A stretch of 64,000 bases of DNA from the human T2T-CHM13v2.0 reference genome, Homo sapiens. The notes beneath the pieces were generated by a model, which did no database searches, was not told where the DNA came from, and saw nothing but the letters and a program-made list of their open reading frames with translations. The position numbers and the translations under genes were made by a program. This document shows positions 27,885-40,833 of the stretch, one piece after another (positions within the stretch are counted from its first letter, which is position 1; each line of letters opens with the position of its first letter). The DNA is taken from NCBI RefSeq assembly GCF_009914755.1, contig NC_060932.1, one strand, 5' to 3'.

Positions 27885-28738
27885 CTGACCAGCAGATGTA
27901 TCCTCTCTCTTACCAACAGATCTGGTGCTATATCTCCTCCATCTGACCAGCAGATCCAGTGTGATGTCTCCTCCATCTGACCAGCAGATCCAGCACTATG
28001 TCTCCTCCCTGTGACCAGCAGACCCAGCACTATGTCTCCTCCCACTGACCAGCAGACCCAGCACTGTCTCCTCCCTCTGACTAACAGATCCAGCACTATG
28101 TCTCCTCCATCTGACCAGCAGATCTGGTGCTATGTCTCCTCCCTCTGACAAGCAGACCCAGCATTATGTCTCCTCCATCTGACAAGCAGACCTGGCACTA
28201 TGTCTCCTCCCTCTGACCAAAAGACACAGTGCTATGTCTCCTCTCTCTGACCTGCAGACCTGGCGCTATGTCTCCTCCCTCTGACCAGCAGACCCAGCAC
28301 TACATCTCCTCCTTCTGACCAGCAGGCCCAGTGCTATGTCTTCTCCCTCTGACCAGCAGATGGGGCATTATGTCTTTTCTCTCTGACCAGCAGACAGGGC
28401 ACTATGTCTCCTCCCTCTGACCAGCAGACCTGGCACTATGTCTCCTCCATCTGATCAGCAGACCTGGCACTATGTCTCCTCCCTCTGACCAGCAGACAGG
28501 GCACTATGTCTCCTCCCTCTGACCAGCAGACCCGGCACTACATCTCCTCCTTCTGACCAGCGGGCCCAGTGCTATGCCTTCTCCCTCTGACCAGCAGACC
28601 CGGCACTATGTCTCCTCCCTCTGACCAGCAGATCTGGTGCTGTGTCTCCTCCTTCTGACCAGCAGATCTGTCACTACGTCTCCTCCATCTGACCAGCAGA
28701 TCTGACACAATGTCTCCTCCCTCTGACCAGCAGATCAG
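27885..28738. repeat. 34-bp VNTR, ~25 copies
   Basis: Unit ctgaccagcagacccagcactatgtctcctccct; 34-bp spacing checked (27943, 27977). Confidence 0.97.
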
Positions 28739-31700
28739 GGGCTGTCTTTCCTATCAGCCTGGATGAGGTCATGAGGTCAGGAGCTGTGTCATTGCCCTCA
28801 AGCTAGGCACTGCCTTCTCCAAAGAGAGCACCCCCACACTTCCGCTCAGAGCCCAGACTCTGCCCACAGAGGGTGCTGGCGACTGCGGCACCGGCCCGCA
28901 GACAGATGGGGAGCAGGCCCCTGCCAGCTCTTTGGGCCTGGAGAGCTCACCAGCGTCTGATCACGGATGACTTATCTGAACCAATGAGTGACCCCGCAGC
29001 TGAGGAAACAGGAGGAGACAGTGATGCTTCTTTTTGAGAGAAGGAAACATTGCTCACAAGATGAGCCAGGAAATAACGTCATTTATTTTCGTCTCAGAGC
29101 AATGGTAAAGAAGTCAATTTCTCACCAGAGGTGCTCTAAAAGATGAAAGAGCATCGGGAGGGATGCTTTGCCGCTGCAGGCGAGTGTTCTGGCTTTCCTC
29201 TCGAAGGCACGCACGGGCCCCTGGAGCAGAGTCCCACTGTCCAGGTGCCCACCCAGGGCCCTCTCAGTCCCCCTGCACAGCGTGCCCTGGGAGGCAAGGT
29301 CAGAACCTCCTCAACCGCCACGGCACCCAAGAGACGGGCATGGCTGCCTGCACCTTCACCCTCTCGGTAGCGAAGCGCAGCTCAGAGAAATGGCTCCCAC
29401 GCCAACCTGAGGTGTGACCTTGAGCGTACAACAGAGTCTCCTGCGAATCAACGATGCCACCCCTCGCAGAACAAGGCCCGGTCAGAGGCCTGAGTCTCAC
29501 CGTTCTGTCTGAGGCCCCTGATGCTGCAGCACTTTTGGACCCCCCAACTTTCAGCTCCCTGGTCACCCTGTAATATGCACCTGTGGCCCGCCCTACTGTA
29601 GAGCCTGTTACATCTTCCATGAAGAGGACCAAGGCTCAGAGACACACAGGGACGGGTGAAGGGGCTGTGCTGCCCTCCAGGCAGCCTCTGCGCTCTAGGA
29701 GGCTTCATTTCTCCACGCACCCTCCCTCCCAGCCTACGTTCACGAGTTCCTGGCAGTCCCAGGCCCAAGCGTGGTGGCTCCACAGACTGCCAGGGAGGTT
29801 CAAAGGCTGTGGCATTTCCTCACCTCATCCTCTGCCGCTGGTATAAAGATATTACAGTATCGATTCCCGGCACCGCACGGCTTCTGGGTCCATTCATCAC
29901 TGCCTGGGGCTGGAGAGCAATTATTGGGGTCATTGCTTGTCCTCCTGCAGGAGCGCGGGCCCTGGAAGCCCAGGACCTCTCTGGAGAAGGGCAGGGCCCG
30001 GAGGAGTGCAGCCAGCTGAGTGCTTCCCAGATGCCACCCAGGGGACCCCACGAAACCCCCTCAGGCAGGTGGAAAGGCCTCAGGGTGGCTGGGAAGCTAG
30101 GGCAGCTCTAGAGGACGTAGAGCTTCTGCAGCCCAGCACACGGCACAGCTGACTTCAGAGCTTGCTCACCGTGCCTGCGGGTGAATGGCCACTTCGCCGC
30201 AGGGAGGGCTGGTGCCTGCCTGGGCCACTCGGAGCTGTCCAGGTCTGCACCCAGAGCTGGCTCTTTCTCCCCACACTCCACCGTCCTGACCCTCATCGGG
30301 AGGTCAGAGCTCAGACCATGGAGCTCGAGGACCTGGAGGAGGGCTCGTTCCACAAGCGCACTGATGGTGGGGAGGAGGCCCCTCCTGCCACGCTACCTCC
30401 TTTTGGGCCCGTGAGCCTGCCATGCTCCGTCCTGCCACCACGCTCTCACCCCCTCTTCTGTCCCTGTGTGCCAGGTCCCTGTTCCTGTGCCTCTCTATTC
30501 TCAGACCTCAGTGTGTGCCCCTCTCCTCTCCCGCTCCCACCCGCTGCCCTGAGCGCAGCCACACCCACCGCAAAGGATGGGCAGATGTGGCTGCGCTGTG
30601 AGCCCAGGAGAGCGGAAATGGTTTCGGTGAGTGTGCAGCAGCCTCTGCCACACGGGGTGTCCTTGACTGGCTTTTCACAGCTGGTGCTGGGGAAAAAGAG
30701 AAAAAATGGGATCAGCAGGTTTCCTTCCAAGGTGCGCAGACCGGGCCTACCCTAAAGCAGGGGAGTCAGAGCACGTGCTCCCCAGAATAAGGGGGGTTTC
30801 CATGCAGTCCCCGCAGGACTTGCGGGCTGTGAGGGGGTGGGAGCTGCAGTCCACCCTCGCAGGGCCACACAGTGCACTCTCCCACTGTCCTGCTTCCTGC
30901 TCCTTCCCAGGGCTGCCGTGCCTTCCCAGCACCTTTCACCGCTGTTGGGCAGCCCCAGACATTGGGTGAGGGAGAGAGGGGACTGTCCCACTCGGCAAGG
31001 TCCCGAGGGCGCCCGTTCAGTGAACACACTATCTAAAGCCCTGAGCTGGGGAGAGGAGAAGGGATGGGCGAGGAGTGTAATCAAGTGTTTCTAATTAAAA
31101 TGGAAATCATAACCTTCCCGTGGGTGATGTGGGAATTCTGCAGCTCAGTTCGGGCTGAGGGCTACTTTCCGTGGTCAGAATTGGGGAAGGAATGGCCGAT
31201 TCCCAGCTCCCAACAGGGTAGCGGGAGGCTCTGCCATCCTTCAGCCCCAGGGCAGCCCTGGCCTTCTGCGATGCCACCTTCACCATCTCCGAGCATCTTC
31301 GGGGTGTGTGGCTCATGGTCTGACCCCTGGTCTGTGGGAGCCCAACAGAAAACAACAGAAAATGCCTTGGCCATCCTGCCAGCCCACCGTGACCAGGTCC
31401 TTCACATCAGGCCTGATTCAAGAGCACGGCCTATTGCTAACAAGAGGGTCTGGGGTCTGACAACTCCCAGCCCCACCACCTACACCCCATCACCTGGGGA
31501 GGCCAAACCCTCCCTAAAGCTTTCCCCTCCGCACACAAGGACCTCACTAGGGGATGGGAGCGGCCGAAAACCCAGGCTCACGGTGACTACCAGGGCACAC
31601 CTGCTGCCACCAGGCTAAAGAGGAGAAGCCACCTCTGCTTTTCAGGCCTGGGCCCACCAGCTTCTTCAGGACTGTGTTTCCTTGTCCACCTCAAGGTCCC

Positions 31701-31914
31701 TCATCTGCTGATGCTGCAGGGGCTGTCACGGGGACAAGCTGCAGATCCACGGCTGTCAATGATGCATTATCTGTGAAAATAAGGACCGGACAATGTCAGC
31801 TCTCCCAGGGATGTTCTCCTGGCCGGGCCGGGGGCTGAGGGCTGCAGGGCTTTGTTATCATGCTGTTGTTACTATCGCTGTCATTGCTGGGGCCCCAGCA
31901 GCTCCCTGAGATGA

Positions 31915-32035
31915 GCACAGTCATTATTCCCATTTCACAGCTGCAGAAACTGGGGGCAACAGGAGGTGAGCCAGGAGGTCTCCCGGGCAGTCTTGCCAGA
32001 CACAGGATTCAAATCCCTGCTTGCTGATCCTCCAG
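31915..32035 (-). mobile_element. MIR SINE
   Basis: attattcccatttcacagctgcagaaactg...caggattcaaatccc. Confidence 0.7.
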
Positions 32036-33387
32036 CCGTGCTCAAGAATTCCACAGGCTATAGCTATCTGGTCTGTCCTCCCAGCTCCAAGGCAGTGCCC
32101 CAGGGAGGGCTGCAGGGAGGAATGAGAAGAGAGGGAGGAAGGAAGAGCTGGGGGAGCCATGGAGGGAGAGCGGCAGAGAGGAGGCGGGGAGCTCGGCCTT
32201 CCTGGAGCTGCAGCCTGCATGCACTCCATCTGCCCTGGCCACGCCACTGGTCTAGGGGCCTGTCCCCACCATGCCCTAGACATTCCATCATCTCCTCCCA
32301 CTGACCATCCCAGCCTGGTGCTTGACACACACTCAGACAGCTTTGAGAGAAGAAGGAAGAAGGGAGGGACAGAGGGAGAGGAAGGAGAGGAAATGAGCAC
32401 GAGCAGACAGACATCCAAAGCCCAGGCTCACTGGGCGAAAGCAGAGCTTGAAGACCGGAAGCCCAAGCAGAGAGAACCTGGGCAGGTGCCTGAGGCCACA
32501 TGGGGAGCTGCCCCTCCCGCCTCCAGCCCCAACACCACCCAGCTCTGACTGCGCCACCTGCAGCTTGGGAGGAGGAGGAGGACAGAGGGAGGGAGCTGGG
32601 CAGGGCTGGTGCCTGGGACTGTTCTCAGCTCCAGCTTTGAGCCAGGGAGACGTCTGCCTTGCACAGGCTGTGCTGGACACAGTTTTGTCCCCTGAGTGCC
32701 CCCATCCCTCCCACCCTGTTGCTTCCCAGGTGGGTGTGGCAGCTTCAGGGCAGAAAGAGGGCAGGGTGAGCCCCAGGGGACTAGGGCACCCTGAGGTGTG
32801 GGTGAACCGGAGACAGAGCCTCCTGGGGCTCCTGGGTCCTAGAGAGGAGAGTCCCCTGAGAGGGCCCCAGGGTCAGTTGCTGTGAGCCCAGTAGGTTTTC
32901 CGCCTGGTCTCTGAGCAGACAAGATGAAGCCTTCCCAGCAAGGCCAGCCCTGCCTTGCTCCCCTCGACCTCCAGGGGCAGTCAGAAGGGGACAGAGGCAC
33001 CACGACAGGCCCGCCACAGACTGAGCAAGCCGGAGCACCATGCTGCCTTCCCTGCAGCTCTCTGGCCACAAGAAGAAGGGTCTGGGCTCTCCCAGGAGGC
33101 CTGGACGAGGACAGGGGTCAGGTGTCTCATCTGCATGTATGAAGGACAACAGATTCGATTAGGCAGTTCTGCAACCAACTTAGAATTGATTTGGATATAA
33201 ATAGATGGCACGAAACCCATCCCAGTACACTGCAGGGCCCAGTCCCTCCCCTCAGGGTCACGCTGAAAGACGCATGAAATTATGTTCACTTTTAACCCAA
33301 GTAGTGCTATGACTCCTGACACAGATGGCCACAGCTAAGGGGGTCTCAGGACAAAGAGAGATGCAGCTGGACTCAAGCCAGGGTCCT

Positions 33388-33427
33388 CTCTGTCTATCTG
33401 CCTGTCTGCCTATCTATCATCTATCTC

Positions 33428-33464
<37 letters not shown>

Positions 33465-34410
33465 TATTTATCTATATCTATCCATCTATCCATCCATCTG
33501 TCCTTCCATTATCTATAGATCTATCTATATCTATCCATCCATATATTCATCTATCCACTCATCTACCCATCCATCCATCCATTCATTCATCCATTCATCC
33601 TTCTATCCTTCCATCTATCTATAGATCTATCTATCATCCATCCATCCCTTATTCATTTATCTATTCATCCATCCATCTGTCCATTTATTCATCTATCCAT
33701 CCATCCAATTAGCTATCTACCCATCCATCTATCTATCCATCTATCTAACCATCCATCCATTCATCTATCCATCCATCTATCCATCCATCCACCCATCCAT
33801 CCATCTATTCATCTATCCATCCATCCAATTAGCTATGTATCCATCCATCTATCTATCCATCTATATAACCATCCATCTATCTATTCATCTATCCATCCAT
33901 CCAATTAGCTATGTATCCATCCATCTATCTATCCATCTATATAACCATCCATCCATTCATCTATCCGTCCATCCATCCATCCATCCATCCATCCATCTAT
34001 CCATCCATTCAATTAGCTATCTATCCACCTATCTATCTATCCATCTATCTAACCATCCATCCATTCATCTATCCATCCATTCATCTATCTATCTAACCAT
34101 CCAGCTATCTATCTATCTAACCATTTGTCCATCTATCTATTCATTTATCCATCCATCCAATTAGCTATCTATCCATCCATCTGTCCATCTATCTAACCAT
34201 CCATCCATTCCTCTATCCATCCATCCATCCATCCATCTATTCATCCATCCATCCATCCAATTAGCTATCTAACCATCCATCTATCCATCTATCTATCTAT
34301 CCATCTATCCATCCATCTATCCATCCATCCATTTACCTATCTATCGATTTACCTACCTGTCTATCTATCTATGTGTCTGTCTGCCCTTCTCTCTATCATC
34401 TATCTTTTCT
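33388..34410. repeat. Compound (TCTA)n/(TCCA)n tetranucleotide array
   Basis: ~1 kb of interleaved tcta/tcca/ttca units. Confidence 0.97.
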
Positions 34411-35457
34411 CTGTATCATGTAAACTGTTTGTTCTTTTTCTGTTTAGCTTCAAGGGGGTGGAGAGTTAATTATTCATGAGCTGTCAAGGCCTTTGGACCC
34501 ATTGATTTTGTTTCTGGTTCCCCCTTGGATCCAGTACACGGATTCTGGTTTGATAGCATTAAGTCTTTTGAATAATTAATATGGCAATTTAACCTGAGCA
34601 GAATGAGCAAATGTTACCTTCTGCTTAGGGAATAGAAAAAGAGAATTCCCTTACGGCAGTATTCCCAAGTCTGTTAATGTCACCCCAGCACTGGAGAACT
34701 GGCATCTGTCTTACAGGAAGAAACCTTCCAACTGTCCCCCCCAGCTCCTCTTCCTGAAAAGAGGGAAAGCTATGTATGTCTTTGTTCCACCCAGAATTTC
34801 AAAGGACCCTCAGGAGGCATGGACATTTTGTATCAGGGAATTATTGTCAAGTATTTGGACTTAACTACTGATGATCAGGATATTTTGTTTATGAGTTCCT
34901 TCTCCAGGGGCCACCCCTTTGTCTGCCTCTCCCAGCCAAACGCACTTGGGGACCAGGAGGAGGTGACAAAGTCCAAGCCTCAGAATGGGAGTGGTGGCCC
35001 TCAAACACATGCTAGTTATTCTTAGTTTATGCATTTTTCCAGTTTCCACCAGACATGTGTCCAAGATCAGACAGACAGGAAAGTCCAGCGATGGAAGACA
35101 CTAGACGTGGTAACAGAACTAAAACTCGAAAGCAATAAAGAAAACAGACAGAAGAAACACTTTAACAGAAGACATGGGAGGCCCCACAGGGGAGCTGAGG
35201 AAGGCAGGAGGTGTCTCCTTCAGGGCCTTCCAGATCCCACAGAGACATCTTGAGGCCACAGCTACTCCGCAGCTCACAGCAGTTGGGACCCAGGCCTGTA
35301 GGCGGAGATGGGACGGGCTGGGCCCTCTGCTCCAGAGCGCAGCAGCACTCGCATCTGTGGACACTCATCATCGGGTCTTTAAAGCACAGAAGAGCGGTTC
35401 ACACAGGAGAGTGGCTTCAACGTCAGTGCCACTATCACTGAAATTACTGATCTAAGT

Positions 35458-35631
35458 CAGTTGTTCTCAGCCTAGGGTCCATTTTGGCCCCAGGGGACAG
35501 TTGGCAAGGTCTGGAGACAATGTTGATTGTCATGACTGGAGGGAGGGGCTATGAGAATCCCGTGGGTAGAAGCCAGGGCTGCTGCTGAAAATTCTACAAT
35601 GTGCAGGATGGCCCCCAGGAAAGAATGACCC
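35458..35631 (+). mobile_element. MER20 (hAT-Charlie), 3'-truncated
   Basis: cagttgttctca...ccccaggggacagttggcaaggtctggagaca...gtgggtagaagccagggctgctgct...ctacaatgtgcagga. Confidence 0.88.
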
Positions 35632-35928
35632 AGAGATGGAGAACTTATACCGGTGTCATCACCAGGGTCCTTACAAGAGGGCGGCAGGGCAGGCAGAGAG
35701 AGGAGTAGGGGCTGTGTTGGTAGAAGACAGAGGTCGGGGTGACGCAGGAAGGGGTCACAGCCAGAGAGAGTGGCCAGGCTCCAGAAGCTGGAAGGGGCCC
35801 AGGCAGAGTCCCCCCTGCACCCCCCACCGGTGTGCGGGCTTCTGACCTCTAGAACCGGGAGACAGAATAGCACATCCGCGTGGCTGTGAGTTTGTGGTCA
35901 TTCATTACAGCGGCCACAGAAAGGAACA
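35632..35928 (+). mobile_element. MLT1 (MLT1D-like) MaLR LTR, partial
   Basis: agggtccttacaagaggg...ctccagaagctggaagg...ttctgacctctagaac...gtttgtggtcattcattacagcggcca. Confidence 0.8.
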
Positions 35929-37958
35929 GGGTGACACACACAGCAAAGGTCATCCCCACCCGTGAGACGGCCCTGGGTGGCTCCATCTACCCGTAGGTGG
36001 AGAGACATCGTCCCTGTGTTCCTACTGCTCAGCATTGATCTCCTGTCCAACCTCCGATTCACGGAGCAGGTGGCCACATGCCAGATGGCCACCCTGATGT
36101 CCCTGGGCCCCTCATGCCACGCTGCTTTCACGGCCTGCCCTCCTCCTTCACGCCCGCCACATGGGCGCGGCCCTCACCTGTCTCCTTGACCACTGCCTGC
36201 TCAGCCGGCACAATCACTCAGAACATGTCCATAGCCCAGGTGAGAGAATCTGACATGAGGTGGTCCAGGTTCCCCTGCCCCCCAGCCTGGAAACATGAGT
36301 TGTCCAGTTCCTCCGTGACTGATCTCCATTCATCCACACCTGTCGATCACCAATGCTGCCATTTACAGGCCCAAATAACCATCGCTATTGACCGAGGAGT
36401 TGCAGAGTTCAGCTCCAGGCCAGAATCCTGTGTGATTTTCCAGGCCCACCTCTAGGAACTTGTGCAGGCTCTACCCAGTAGGCCTTACCATGGGGGCTGC
36501 CTCTCTTCTCACACAGGCCGGTGCCTGGCCGGCTCTGCAGGGAGCTGCAGCAAGGACCCCAGGCCAGCCACACTCTCACACGTGTCTGCACTCCCGGTCA
36601 GGCACCTCCGTTCCGAGGCCCCCTCATCAGGGCCTTGGCTGGGCCCTGTCTGCGACGCTGGCACAGTGCTTCCCAGGCCCAGCCCTCCCCTCTCCTCCCA
36701 TCCCCGGGCATGGAGGGGCAGGAGCCTTCTATGTGGGCTCCTTGGCTGTGAGATGGCCCCTCAACCCCACCGACACTGCATGTCATCTCACCCTCTCCTG
36801 GTGCCATTCTGGGGAGAAGGAGACGATGAGCACCTCTCTGTCTCTCCCTGGCACTGCTGTGCGAGCGAATTAAGGCATGACGGTTCCTCCCAGTTCTCCT
36901 TCTTGTTCCAGTCACCTCCACACCTGGCCACTCTGCGTTCAGGCTATGCTCACTCCCTGCTGCTTCCGGAACTCCAGAGACTCCTCCTAACAGAGCGGCT
37001 GCATCCATTCCTGTCTCCTCCACCCTCCGTAACTCCCCAAATGTTTCTTTCTAAAATGCAAACAGGGCCGCATCCCAAGCCCCCGACGCCACCCTGTAGA
37101 ATGCTTCAAAGTCTGACATCCTTCCGCCATCTTCCACTGGTGGCCCTCCCGCCCCGCTGATGGCCAGATGCCATGGGTTGGGAGGCTGCAGGGCAGGGGC
37201 TGGAGATCTGCAGGCTGCACACTCCCACTGACTGTGGTGAGCAGCCAGCTGGAGCCCTACCGATGGATAGGGTGCAGCCTGGCTCCCTGCTGCAGTGAGG
37301 AAGCCCCTTGTGAGCTGCCTCTAACCTGCACCCAGCACTCAGCCCAGAGCTGCTGCATCAGGCCTGGCTCGCAGGAGGCTGGCCTTGCTGCCGCTCGTCC
37401 CTGCTCTCCTCCAGGTACTTCCCCTGCCGCTCCGGCTTGCGTGAAGTCTCATGTATATTTCATTGACTGCGCTTGGCATGTAATGAAAAGGTCGCCTGCT
37501 TCCATCTCTGTGACCCCGCTAGACTGCACGTGCACCCGGTAGCACTTTTCTCTCCTTGTTCCTGGTATTATGTCTGACCCAGAGTAAATTTTTGAGTGAT
37601 GAGTAATTGTGGATAAATGCCAATAAGACACATGAAAGAGGAAGGTGGAGGCCCCGGTCTGGTGTCCAGTCTTCTAGAGCACAGGGCTCCGCTACCAGCC
37701 TTTTGAAGACAGCCCCACTGGGGAGGGACTTCAGAGCAGCCCCTTCCTCCAGTGTCTCCACAGGCTTGCGGTCCCAGAGATGCTCCATCACCACCCTCAG
37801 GGAGGCTGAGCTTCCTATGATGGTCTTGCTGGCTCTACTCACAGCCGAAAGCGACCCGGATTGAGCAACACAGTGGGCTGGGCCCTGGGTGAGTGCTTCA
37901 CCTGTGCAGTCTCATTCAGCCTTCAGGGGAGCCCCGTGAGCTTGGGGTTCACAGCCTG

Positions 37959-38383
37959 TGTATTAGCCCTCTAGGGCTGCATATCAAAGTACCACAGATT
38001 TGATGGCTTAAAACCTCTTGCAGCTCTGGAGGCTGGAAGTCCCACATGGCGGTGTTCGCAGGGCTGGGCCCTCTGGAGGGTCTGAGAGCTCCCAGGCCTC
38101 TCTCCTGGCTTCGGTGCTTGCTGGCCGCCTTTGGCACCCCTGGGCCTGTAGACAGACGCCTTGCTCCGATCTCTGCCTCCATCTTCACAGGCCTTCTCCC
38201 TGTGTGCCCCTGTGCCCACACCTCCCTCTTTTCGTGAAGACACCAGCATTGGACTAGGGGCCACCCTAATGCAGTATGACCCCCATCTTAACCTAGTTAC
38301 ATCTACAAAGATAGGTCACATTCACAGGAACCGGGGGCCAGGACTTGGACGTCTCCTGGGGAAACACAGTTCAACCCTCAACC
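37959..38383 (-). mobile_element. MLT1C-like MaLR solo LTR
   Basis: tgtattag...agggctgc...aaagtaccacaga...ctggaggctggaagtcc...acacagttcaacc. Confidence 0.85.
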
Positions 38384-39359
38384 TGCATTTTAGAGATTTT
38401 AGAAACAAAGGCTCAGAGCCCAGGAGATTTCCCAGGAGCTGTGCCACTCAGCAGCGGCCCCACCTGGACCCCATCCTGGCCTTGCCCACTGCCCACCCTA
38501 CTTGTGCTCCTTCTGGTTTATTGGGGGTACCCACCGTCTGGACCGTCCTCCACGGCTTGGCGTTCTGTCCTGGCTGATGATGAGTCTGGCATGAGTCTGG
38601 GGTCCTTTAGATAAGAACATAGTGGAATGCCGATGGTGCCTAAAGCTGACCTCCGTGGGTGGGCTCACAGGGCTGAGTGAGGGGATGGCGTCCTTCCAAG
38701 ATGGATGAGGTAAGCGGGAGCCCCATCTGCAGCAGCAAACCTCCCTCACCTGCCAGGCACTGTGCGGGGCATCCTCCCTGCGTGTGGGTCTCCTTGGAAC
38801 TGTCCTGTCTGTCTCCAGGTGGGAGGAATGGGGCCGGTCTGGACACAGCGGTGGAGACCAGCCTCGAAGACCCCGTGGGGGAGGTGAGAATGGGGAGTCA
38901 TTGGAGCAGAGGCTGAAGAGCGTCAGGGGCCTGACTCCCAGGGTTTTCCATTTGAGTATAAGAATTGCAGACCATCCCCCGAGGGGAACGCTGAAGCCCC
39001 GATCCACGTGAAGCCAATGGGCCCGAACTGCAGGCTTAACTCACGTTTCACAAACGAGGAAGCTGCGGCTCACGGGTGTTTTAAGAGCCGCCCACTTGAG
39101 GACCAGCAGGGCAAGCAGCGGAACCCCAGTTCTCAGAATCCCGGCTCCCGCTCCCGTCATTAATTTATCTCACGCGCTGATATGATGAATGCGTGTGGGT
39201 TTTTAAATTGTCATCAATTATTCCTCATTCTGCATAAAAATGATTAAAAATATCTTTGGAGGAAATGACCTCGTGTTAATCACTTGAATTCCCACAGCGT
39301 TTTGTGCTTTACAACACGTGAGCCTTGAGTCCCTACAGCGGCACCACTCCGTGGACAAG

Positions 39360-39440
39360 ACTGGAGTCAGCATTGACATCCCATTTTCACAGGTGAGAAA
39401 ACCGAGGGACAGGGGCACGGATGAAATTGTCCTAGGAAAC
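39360..39440 (-). mobile_element. MIR SINE fragment
   Basis: atcccattttcacaggtgagaaaaccgagg core. Confidence 0.65.
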
Positions 39441-40264
39441 AGCAGGGTCCCAACAGGGTCGGGGCAGAGGCCAGTGTCCACCCCACACCCGCTGTCCTTC
39501 CTACAGCACCGTGGGTTTCCTCACCAAAGCCAATCCCACGGGCAGCACGACCGGCCCCAAATCCAGACCCACGGCCGCCCACACATACGTCTTCCCGATG
39601 ACTTCTTCCACGGGCCTCCACTGACCTGGGCTCTGGCCACGCCGCGCATGTTCAGGAATCTAATCTCTTCAGTCCTGGCACCTTCAGCCAAGCACAACCC
39701 GTGTGTATGTGTCCAGCCATGATGTGGCTGACAGCCGTGACCCCAGCGCATAAAATATACGGGCATTTCCTGAAATAAATCGTGTCGTTTCATGGGAAAT
39801 ACGGCAGCCGAGCTCCGGCTACTCCTGTGCCCCGATATCCTCTCTCTATCGCTCACTTGAAGCAAGAATATCCTAATTCTGACACGAAACTGTGAAAACG
39901 CAGGATGGGAAGGCAGAGGGGGGTGAGAGCTTGTACAGAAGAGGCGCCATTCATCACAGTAAAGGACCATGGGCAACACGATTTATTTTCAGATTCCTCC
40001 TACCTCTAAAATATGACCTGCCTCGGCGGGATGGGCAGAGAGCGGGGCAGACGGAGTTCCCTATGGTCATGGCAGCACTTGGATAATTTCGTATCACCCG
40101 CCCCCAGTACACACACACGCACGTGCGTGCACACACACACACTTGCACACTTGCACTCAGAGCTGGCTATTGATTTGTGTCTGAGTCACTGACAAGAGCA
40201 AAACTTTGTGTAAGAACAAAAATGATGCAATGCAGATGTTAAGACATGATTCCACCTTGCCTGC

Positions 40265-40775
40265 CCCAGACCCACAGCCCATGTGCACACACACGTGTGC
40301 ACACACCCACTCACACTCACTATAATCCTGGTCCATCTGATGGTGAAGTACCCAGACCCACAGCCCATGTATGCGTGCACACACACTCACACACACACAC
40401 TCACACGCCACAATCCTGGTCCATCTGATGGTGAAGTATGCAGACCCACAGCCCATGTGCACGTGCACGCACACACACACTCACACACTCTCTCACACAC
40501 ACACACACGACAATCCTGGTCCATTTGTTGGTGAAGTACCCAGACCCACACCCGATGTGCACACACACACACATTCACACACACACACACACTCACACCC
40601 CCATGCACACACACACCTCAATCCTTGTCCATTTGATGGTGAAGTACCCAGACACACACCCCATGTGTGCACACACACATGTGCGCACACACACACACGA
40701 CAATCCTGGTCCATTTGTTGGTGAAGTACCCAGACCCACAGCCCATGTGCGCACACACACACTCACACACACATA

Positions 40776-40807
<32 letters not shown>

Positions 40808-40833
40808 ACGATCCTGGTCCATTTGATGGTGAA
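40265..40833. repeat. Compound tandem repeat: ~48-bp constant block plus variable (CA)n spacer, ~6 copies
   Basis: aatcctggtccat(c/t)tg(a/t)tggtgaagtacccagacccacagcccatgtg begins at 40324, 40412, 40512, 40620, 40702 and 40810. Confidence 0.95.

Noticed and set aside
27885-28738. PRDM9 hotspot motif array (CCTCCCT in many units)
   Set aside because: Only the 7-mer is present; the following bases do not fit CCNCCNTNNCCNC
40265-40833. CRISPR-like repeat-spacer array
   Set aside because: Spacers are related (CA)n tracts, there are no cas genes, and the context is primate DNA
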